DNA from: Candidatus Saccharimonadota bacterium
GTDB taxonomy: Bacteria > Patescibacteriota > Saccharimonadia > Saccharimonadales > JAUPVS01
Length of the DNA stretch: 64,000 nt
Assembly: GCA_037139495.1 (NCBI GenBank)
Contig: JBAXGG010000001.1
Location: forward strand, 3,025 to 67,024
Reading direction: 5' to 3'
The notes beneath the pieces were generated by a model. It had not been told where the DNA came from, did not search any database, and saw only the letters and a list, made by a program, of their open reading frames with translations. Every line of letters starts with the position of its first letter. The first letter of the stretch is position 1. Shown piece after piece: positions 58,319 through 64,000 of this stretch. The position numbers were made by a program, and so were the translations under genes.

Positions 58319-58671
58319 ATAACAGTCCCAATAAATCGGGGCTTTTTATTTGTTTAATAATAGTCATTTTAGCTGTACATTATCAGTCGCTATAGATATG
58401 GAACAATAAGCTGCGGACAAAGATCTCAGCTTAGAAGACTAAAATAGCTCATTTAGCTCAGTTGGATACGACGGGGAAAGTATCCTTATGGTCTTGGCAG
58501 GAATAACAGTTCTATAGCGCAACAAGTTTGTTATGAGTGCTCCAGGCGACACGGCGTTACCGATTGAGCTGATCTGTATTTAACTCAAAAAAACTAATGC
58601 TAATGACCGCTGTCATGGCAACTAAATAGTGCTATAATTGGGATATAAATTAATCACGGGAGAAGAGCAGC

Positions 58672-59235
58672 ATGATAATCATAATTATCCTCGTAGTAAT
58701 TGCCATTTCAGTTCTGGCCGTAATCTTTATGTATAACGGCCTAGTCCGTTTAAATACTCGTACTGAAGAAGCTTGGAGTGACATTACTGTTCAGCTAAAG
58801 CGCCGGTACGACCTGATACCCAACCTAGTTAATACTGTAAAAGGTTACGCAAAGCACGAAAAAACTGTTTTCGAGGATGTTACCAAGGCTCGCACGCAAG
58901 CTATGGGCGCCCAAGGTCCGGCCGAAACTGCTAAAGCCGAAAACCAATTCTCGCAGACTCTAAAAAGTCTCTTCGCGGTTGCCGAGGCCTACCCAGACCT
59001 AAAAGCCAGCCAGAACTTCCAGGATCTTCAGGCTGAATTAACTGATACCGAAGATAAGATTCAAGCGTCACGACGTTTCTATAATGGCTCGGTACGTGAT
59101 CTCAATATTAAGATTAAAACCTTCCCAACTAATATTTTTGCTACAAAACTAGGTTTTAAGATTCGTGAGTTCTTCGAGGTCGAAGAATCCGAAGCTGCTG
59201 CCGTAGCAAAACCTACTGACGTAAACTTCAACTAG
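58672..59235 (+). CDS. lemA: LemA-family protein
   Basis: N-terminal TM plus LemA signature ([33 protein letters not shown]). Confidence 0.85.
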   Translation: MIIIIILVVIAISVLAVIFMYNGLVRLNTRTEEAWSDITVQLKRRYDLIPNLVNTVKGYAKHEKTVFEDVTKARTQAMGAQGPAETAKAENQFSQTLKSLFAVAEAYPDLKASQNFQDLQAELTDTEDKIQASRRFYNGSVRDLNIKIKTFPTNIFATKLGFKIREFFEVEESEAAAVAKPTDVNFN

Positions 59236-59243
59236 TTTAAATA

Positions 59244-60122
59244 ATGTATAGCCAGATTGCGGCCAATAAGCGGAAGACAATCTACTTAATTGTAGGATTT
59301 ATTCTGTTAGTTACTGCTTTGGGCTTAATCTTCAGCTTATTCACCATCGGTGACCCCAGTATAACGCTGTATGTTATCGCTGTTGCGCTGTTGTATGCCA
59401 CGGTTGCCTATTATGTATCAAGCCGGGCGGCCTTGAGTTTAAATAAAGCCCAGCAAATTGCTAAAAAAGATAATCCTCGGTTGTATAGAATTGTCGAGAA
59501 CCTGAGTATTACCAATGGACTACCAGTTCCACAGGTCTATGTTATGGATGACCCAGCACCTAATGCTTTTGCGACTGGCCGTGACCCACAGCACGCTAGT
59601 GTAGCCGTCACTAGTGGACTACTACAAATTATGACTGACCAAGAACTGGAAGGGGTATTAGCCCATGAGATGGGTCATGTTAAGAACTATGACATTCGTG
59701 TTTCGATGATTGTATTTGGCCTAGTGGCGGCTATTAGCATCATCGCTGACGTTCTTTTGAGGATGACATGGTTTCGGGACAATGACAACAACAACAGCAA
59801 TGGCATAATAGTGTTGGTTGGAATTGCTGCCGCCATTATTGCACCACTGATAGCGATAATTATTCAAATGGCCGTATCGCGCAAACGTGAATATCTGGCT
59901 GATGCTACTGGGGCTCTGACAACTCGCTACCCAGAAGGCCTCGCCAGTGCTTTAGAGAAAATAAAGAAAACTGGTAGTGCCGTTAAACACCAAAATACAT
60001 CAACTGCTCATTTATTTTTTGCCAACCCTTTAAAAGGTAAAGGCGTGACTACAATGTTCAGTACACATCCACCAATAGACGATCGGATTGCTCGTCTAAA
60101 ACAAATGGAGACGCATCAGTAA
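59244..60122 (+). CDS. htpX: Membrane zinc metalloprotease HtpX (M48 family)
   Basis: HEMGHV (HEXXH) zinc motif within a 4-TM topology; conserved LemA-HtpX pairing. Confidence 0.85.
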   Translation: MYSQIAANKRKTIYLIVGFILLVTALGLIFSLFTIGDPSITLYVIAVALLYATVAYYVSSRAALSLNKAQQIAKKDNPRLYRIVENLSITNGLPVPQVYVMDDPAPNAFATGRDPQHASVAVTSGLLQIMTDQELEGVLAHEMGHVKNYDIRVSMIVFGLVAAISIIADVLLRMTWFRDNDNNNSNGIIVLVGIAAAIIAPLIAIIIQMAVSRKREYLADATGALTTRYPEGLASALEKIKKTGSAVKHQNTSTAHLFFANPLKGKGVTTMFSTHPPIDDRIARLKQMETHQ

Positions 60123-60127
60123 TAATT

Positions 60128-61078
60128 ATGGCAAAATCTCAATCTCCAAAAAATGAAGTTAAAATAGTGTCTGGTCCAAGAAAGCTAAAAGCCCCAACCT
60201 ACAATCGGGCGCGCTACCATAAACGCATCAAGCACCCTGGCCCAAAGCTGATTAGTAGCTGGAAGATATTCAAGAATAGTATAGGTGTGCTACGTCAGAA
60301 TCAGCGCTTGTTTGGCGGTATAACTGTAATTTATGCACTAGTATCGGTAATTTTAGTCCGTGGTTTTAACAGCGTAACCCAACTTAGTGATACTAAAGCC
60401 GCACTACAGGCCGGACACAGTGGTACATTAAGCACGGGTTTTACTCTGATTGGCAATCTTTTCAGTAACTCCAGTGGTGCTTCGACCCCCGCAGCTAATA
60501 CCTATCAATCAATATTACTTATCATCATGAGTCTGGTATTTATCTTGGCATTGCGTCAGGTGTATTCGCCCGATAGACCGAAAGAAATCCGAATAAAACA
60601 GGCTTTTTACGGGAGCACTTATCCGCTAATTCCGTTCGTACTGGTCTTACTTGTAATTACTTTGGAGCTAATCCCCCTGGTTATTGGTGCGACAATTTAC
60701 TCGGCGGTAATTGGTAATGGTTTGGCGGTTGGGCTGCTTGAGAAGTCGGCTTGGGTGGTTATGTTTTTTGTGCTGGCAGTTTGGTCTATTTACATGCTCA
60801 CTTCGGCAATTTTCGCGCTCTACATAGTTACATTGCCAGACATGACGCCAATCAAAGCCTTACGCTCAGCCAAACAGTTGGTTCAATATCGTCGCTGGAC
60901 AGTAATGCGCAAACTGTTATTCCTGCCACTGATAATCATGCTGATGTACGGCCTAGTGATGTTGCCGATAGTTTTGTGGTTAACACCGCTAGCTGAATGG
61001 CTCTTCTTTATATTTGGGTTAGCGATTCTGGGGGTCGTCCATAGCTACATCTACGCATTGTACAGAGAATTGCTATGA
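60128..61078 (+). CDS. Hypothetical polytopic membrane protein
   Basis: 316 aa with 6-7 TM helices. Lies 5 nt after htpX, and its stop overlaps the ligA start (ATGA). Confidence 0.45.
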   Translation: MAKSQSPKNEVKIVSGPRKLKAPTYNRARYHKRIKHPGPKLISSWKIFKNSIGVLRQNQRLFGGITVIYALVSVILVRGFNSVTQLSDTKAALQAGHSGTLSTGFTLIGNLFSNSSGASTPAANTYQSILLIIMSLVFILALRQVYSPDRPKEIRIKQAFYGSTYPLIPFVLVLLVITLELIPLVIGATIYSAVIGNGLAVGLLEKSAWVVMFFVLAVWSIYMLTSAIFALYIVTLPDMTPIKALRSAKQLVQYRRWTVMRKLLFLPLIIMLMYGLVMLPIVLWLTPLAEWLFFIFGLAILGVVHSYIYALYRELL

Positions 61079-63105
61079 GTAAAGTTAATAAGGCAGAAGC
61101 TAAGGTGCGAGCTCAAAAATTGCGTACTCAGCTTTCGGAGTATGACTATAACTATTATGTTCTTGATGAGCCGATTGTAACTGATGCCGTTTGGGACGGC
61201 CTAGAACAGGAGCTTAAATCGATAGAAAGCCTGTATCCGGACTTGATTACACCCGATTCGCCGACTCAACGAGTAGTGGGGCAGATTTCTAAAGGCTTCA
61301 GGAGTGTGCCACATAAAATCCGTATGATCAGTTTGAACGATGTTTTTGACGAAGCTGAGGTTGAAGCCTGGGCCAGACGAATCACTAAGCTTTTACCTAC
61401 AGGAACTGAATTTAGCTTTTTTGGAGATGTTAAAAAGGATGGTTTGGCAGCTTCGTTAATATACCAGGATGGGGTTTTCAGCCAAGCTTTAACTAGAGGT
61501 GACGGATTTGTCGGCGAGGACGTTACCACTAATGTCCGAACGATCAAAAATGTCCCCTTACGACTTAGAAAAAATAATGTAACCAAGATATTATTAATGG
61601 GGCGAACAGAAGTCCGCGGTGAGATTGTGATGTTTAAGGAAGATTTCGAAGATCTCAATAAGCAAAGAAAAGCTGCCGGTCAGCCGCTGTTTGCAAATCC
61701 ACGCAATACTGCAGCCGGTACGATCCGGCAGTTAGACCCTAAGCTAGTAGCGGCCCGTCCACTGCAATTTTTGGCATATGACATCTTGCGTGATGAGCCG
61801 GCAGATATCCCTAGTAATCATTTTGCCTATACAGTCTTAAAGGAACTAGGTTTTAGCGGTGGGGAGTATTCAACCAAACTCCCCGACATTATAGCTATTC
61901 ATGACTACGCTGTTGAGTGGGACACTAAACGCCAGGATTTGTCATATAACATCGATGGGCTGGTTATTAAGGTTGACGACCGTCAGCTTTACGCCAAGTT
62001 AGGCGTGGTTGGGAAGACACCGCGGGGGGCAATTGCCTATAAGTATCCCGCCGAACAGTCGACTACTAAAATTAAAGATATATTCATATCGATTGGACGG
62101 ACTGGTGCGGCTACGCCGGTGGCAATTCTTGATCCAGTTTTTATTGCAGGTAGCACAGTTCAAATGGCAACATTACATAATGAAGGAGAAGTCCGACGTA
62201 AGGATATTAGGGTTGGTGACACTGTTGTAGTGCATAAAGCCGGGGACATTATCCCGGAAGTTGTTGAGCCGTTAGTTAAGCTTCGGACTGGCAACGAAAT
62301 TCCATTTGAAATGCCAGAAAATTGTCCTGATTGTAATACTAAACTTGTTAAGTTTAAAAAAGATGAAGCAATTTGGCGTTGCCCAAATATTAGTTGCCCG
62401 TCGCGTTTACATAATCATATCCGGCATTATGCCAGTAAGGGTGCGCTAGATATCGACGGTCTGGGCGAAAAAAACGTTCTGGCATTGTTGGGCGCCGGAT
62501 TGATTGCCGACGCAGCCGACCTATATAAACTGACAGAAGAACAGCTATTGCAGCTGGATCGCTTTGCCGAGGTTTCTGCCAAAAAACTAATTGCTTCTAT
62601 CTCCGATAAAAAGCAACCACTGCTAGCTAAGTTTTTGTTCGGCTTAGGGATCAGACATGTCGGTACACAGACCGCGATTGACCTAGCTAATCACTTTTAC
62701 ACACTGAAAAATCTCCAGTCCGCTAGTACCGAAGCTTTAGCCGCAGTTGATGGTGTTGGTGAAGTCGTTGGAGAGTCATTGGTGGCTTGGTTCGCCGATC
62801 CACTTAACCAGAAATTACTTGATAAGTTTAGCCAGCATGGTGTTGAGCCAGTCCCGGTTCGCCAAACTGGCGGCCCGCTTATCGGCAAAAACTTTGTAGT
62901 TACTGGTAGTTTGGATACTATGAGCCGCGATGAAGCCGCCGATAAAATTCGCACCCTGGGGGGAACTTTTCAGTCAAGTGTCGGTAAAGAAACCGACTAT
63001 CTTGTTGTTGGGGGTAACGTTGGCGCCGGTAAACTCGCTAAGGCTGACAAACTTGGCACTAAACAAATCAGCGAACTAGATTTGCTTAAAATTCTAAGTA
63101 ATTAA
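61075..63105 (+). CDS. ligA: NAD-dependent DNA ligase
   Basis: Adenylation KxDG motif (KKDGLA), Zn-finger Cys4 (CPDC...CPNISC), HhH and C-terminal BRCT; 676 aa. Confidence 0.9.
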   Translation: MSKVNKAEAKVRAQKLRTQLSEYDYNYYVLDEPIVTDAVWDGLEQELKSIESLYPDLITPDSPTQRVVGQISKGFRSVPHKIRMISLNDVFDEAEVEAWARRITKLLPTGTEFSFFGDVKKDGLAASLIYQDGVFSQALTRGDGFVGEDVTTNVRTIKNVPLRLRKNNVTKILLMGRTEVRGEIVMFKEDFEDLNKQRKAAGQPLFANPRNTAAGTIRQLDPKLVAARPLQFLAYDILRDEPADIPSNHFAYTVLKELGFSGGEYSTKLPDIIAIHDYAVEWDTKRQDLSYNIDGLVIKVDDRQLYAKLGVVGKTPRGAIAYKYPAEQSTTKIKDIFISIGRTGAATPVAILDPVFIAGSTVQMATLHNEGEVRRKDIRVGDTVVVHKAGDIIPEVVEPLVKLRTGNEIPFEMPENCPDCNTKLVKFKKDEAIWRCPNISCPSRLHNHIRHYASKGALDIDGLGEKNVLALLGAGLIADAADLYKLTEEQLLQLDRFAEVSAKKLIASISDKKQPLLAKFLFGLGIRHVGTQTAIDLANHFYTLKNLQSASTEALAAVDGVGEVVGESLVAWFADPLNQKLLDKFSQHGVEPVPVRQTGGPLIGKNFVVTGSLDTMSRDEAADKIRTLGGTFQSSVGKETDYLVVGGNVGAGKLAKADKLGTKQISELDLLKILSN

Positions 63106-63139
63106 AAAGACCAAACAGTATAGTTGATCCTTTTAAATG

Positions 63140-63226
63140 TGGTGGGCGAGGTGGGACTTGAACCCACAAGGCCTTTCGACCAACAGATTTTAAGTCTGTC
63201 GCGTATACCAATTCCGCCACTCGCCC
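63140..63226 (-). tRNA. tRNA-Leu (anticodon TAA), long variable arm, CCA encoded
   Basis: Reverse complement GGGCGAGTGGCGGAATTGGTATACGCGACAGACTTAAAATCTGTTGGTCGAAAGGCCTTGTGGGTTCAAGTCCCACCTCGCCCACCA folds as a class II tRNA. Confidence 0.8.
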
Positions 63227-63234
63227 ATTTGTAA

Positions 63235-63308
63235 TGGAGGCACGTATGGGATTTGCACCCATGTACACGGTTTTGCAGACCGTTGCGTAACTACTCCGCC
63301 AACGCGCC
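63235..63308 (-). tRNA. tRNA-Cys (anticodon GCA), CCA encoded
   Basis: Reverse complement GGCGCGTTGGCGGAGTAGTTACGCAACGGTCTGCAAAACCGTGTACATGGGTGCAAATCCCATACGTGCCTCCA. Anticodon loop CTGCAAA; acceptor has one G-T; slightly unusual T-loop (TGCAAAT). Confidence 0.7.
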
Positions 63309-63350
63309 ATCTAGGCTATTGTAACAGATATGGGGAAGAAAATAACCCTT

Positions 63351-63611
63351 CTATAAGCCGTATTTGGCTTCGACTTCTGCCTGGTTAATACCGTTAGTGA
63401 CATCAGTGAATCCTTGACCCTGAAGAATACCCATGGCCATACCCGATCGACCACCCGAGCGACAATAGACAATTATAGGTTCGTCTTTGGCGACAGATCT
63501 AAGCACAGTAGTCTCGTGCGAGATAGTTCCTAGTGGGATGTTTATCGCCCCAGCAACGTGAGCGGTGGTAAATTCGTGTGGTTCGCGGACGTCAATAATC
63601 GTATATTGCAT
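63351..63611 (-). CDS. Single-domain rhodanese (sulfurtransferase)
   Basis: Active-site loop VYCRSGGRS; 86 aa. Confidence 0.8.
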   Translation of the reverse strand: MQYTIIDVREPHEFTTAHVAGAINIPLGTISHETTVLRSVAKDEPIIVYCRSGGRSGMAMGILQGQGFTDVTNGINQAEVEAKYGL

Positions 63612-63796
63612 AGTAACATTATAACTTATCTACTTTTAGTTAGCTTGCTGTGATATTTAAGCTAGACGGCAGCATAGTTCGAAATTTCTAGGGCAATGAT
63701 AATTGTGGAAATGAGCCAGCGCCGTAACTTATGGCTAGCTTTGTTTATTGTGTAAGTTACGGACATAGCTGTGTTTATTATATGCCGAGAGTCAAA

Positions 63797-63823
63797 TAAA
63801 AAGGCCTCTTACGAGACCTTTTT
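63797..63823. terminator. Bidirectional Rho-independent terminator-like hairpin flanked by an A-run and a T-run
   Basis: aaaaaGGCCTCttacGAGACCttttt, one internal mismatch. Confidence 0.45.
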
Positions 63824-63857
63824 GATTCGTATCGCTAAACGCTACGAGAGTAAAAGC

Positions 63858-63962
63858 TTAGTAAGACTTGGTTGCACCAGCTTCTACAGATTTTTCAGCA
63901 GTGTCTTTAGACATCATTGCACAAACGGTTGTTCCGCATTTTGCATGCTTGCCTTTGGCCAT
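63858..63962 (-). CDS. Possible small protein (34 aa, MAKGKHAKCGTTVCAMMSKDTAEKSVEAGATKSY)
   Basis: ATG preceded at good spacing by a GGGGG Shine-Dalgarno sequence, with a terminator downstream on the same strand; too short to appear in the ORF track. Confidence 0.25.
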   Translation of the reverse strand: MAKGKHAKCGTTVCAMMSKDTAEKSVEAGATKSY

Positions 63963-64000
63963 GAAACCCCCGGTTTTAGTTTGGACAATCTCTGGAGCCG

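Noticed and set aside
58440-58570. Possible additional intact tRNA after tRNA-Val
   Set aside because: Only the D-arm-like 13-mer is preserved. No acceptor/T-arm pairing or anticodon stem can be drawn. It is treated as a fragment (see finding), not a gene.
63086-63310. 74-aa ORF on the - strand
   Set aside because: It spans the tRNA-Leu(TAA) and tRNA-Cys(GCA) genes; not coding.
1-64000. CRISPR arrays, IS elements, rRNA operons
   Set aside because: No regularly spaced direct repeats, terminal inverted repeats with transposase ORFs, or rRNA-like sequence were seen anywhere in the window.

Overview
The window is a gene-dense chromosomal segment, about 85-90% coding, with overall GC roughly in the mid-to-high 40s %. 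Its content points to a small-genome Gram-positive-type bacterium, possibly a Saccharibacteria/CPR-like lineage. The hints are a compact AlaRS without the C-terminal domain, an orphan type IV pilin, a sortase, and Vgb-type repeat surface proteins; this placement is inference only. Most of the window is recognisable housekeeping. Glycolysis: pyk, pgk, tpiA. DNA repair and replication: pcrA/uvrD, sbcB, uvrA, uvrC, ligA, ruvX. Translation: metG, alaS, typA, rsmA/ksgA, obg, L25, mnmA, a cysteine desulfurase, trhO. Envelope: mltG, a LysM-CHAP hydrolase, a YabE/RpfB-like muralytic protein, ftsA, secG, dedA, htpX-lemA. Transport: Nramp, two MFS pumps under a MarR regulator, an ABC exporter, a family-5 SBP. 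Seven tRNAs and a tmRNA are recognisable by eye; the tmRNA sits in a 600-bp gap that carries no ORF of 60 aa or more. Three spots stand out as accessory or atypical. The first is an AT-rich sortase plus sortase-substrate island directly 3' of the tmRNA. The substrate is a Vgb-like beta-propeller protein ending in a PKTG-type sorting signal. The second is an AT-rich two-gene cassette of completely unrecognisable proteins between sbcB and uvrA; each gene has its own promoter. The third is an ftsA gene translationally coupled to a large bitopic membrane protein of unknown function, with no ftsZ nearby. Smaller oddities are an antisense-oriented low-GC orphan gene between the trehalase gene and metG, an overlapping small-ORF pair before the cysteine desulfurase, and a tRNA D-arm fragment repeated next to tRNA-Val. 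No CRISPR array, integrase, transposase or rRNA was seen.
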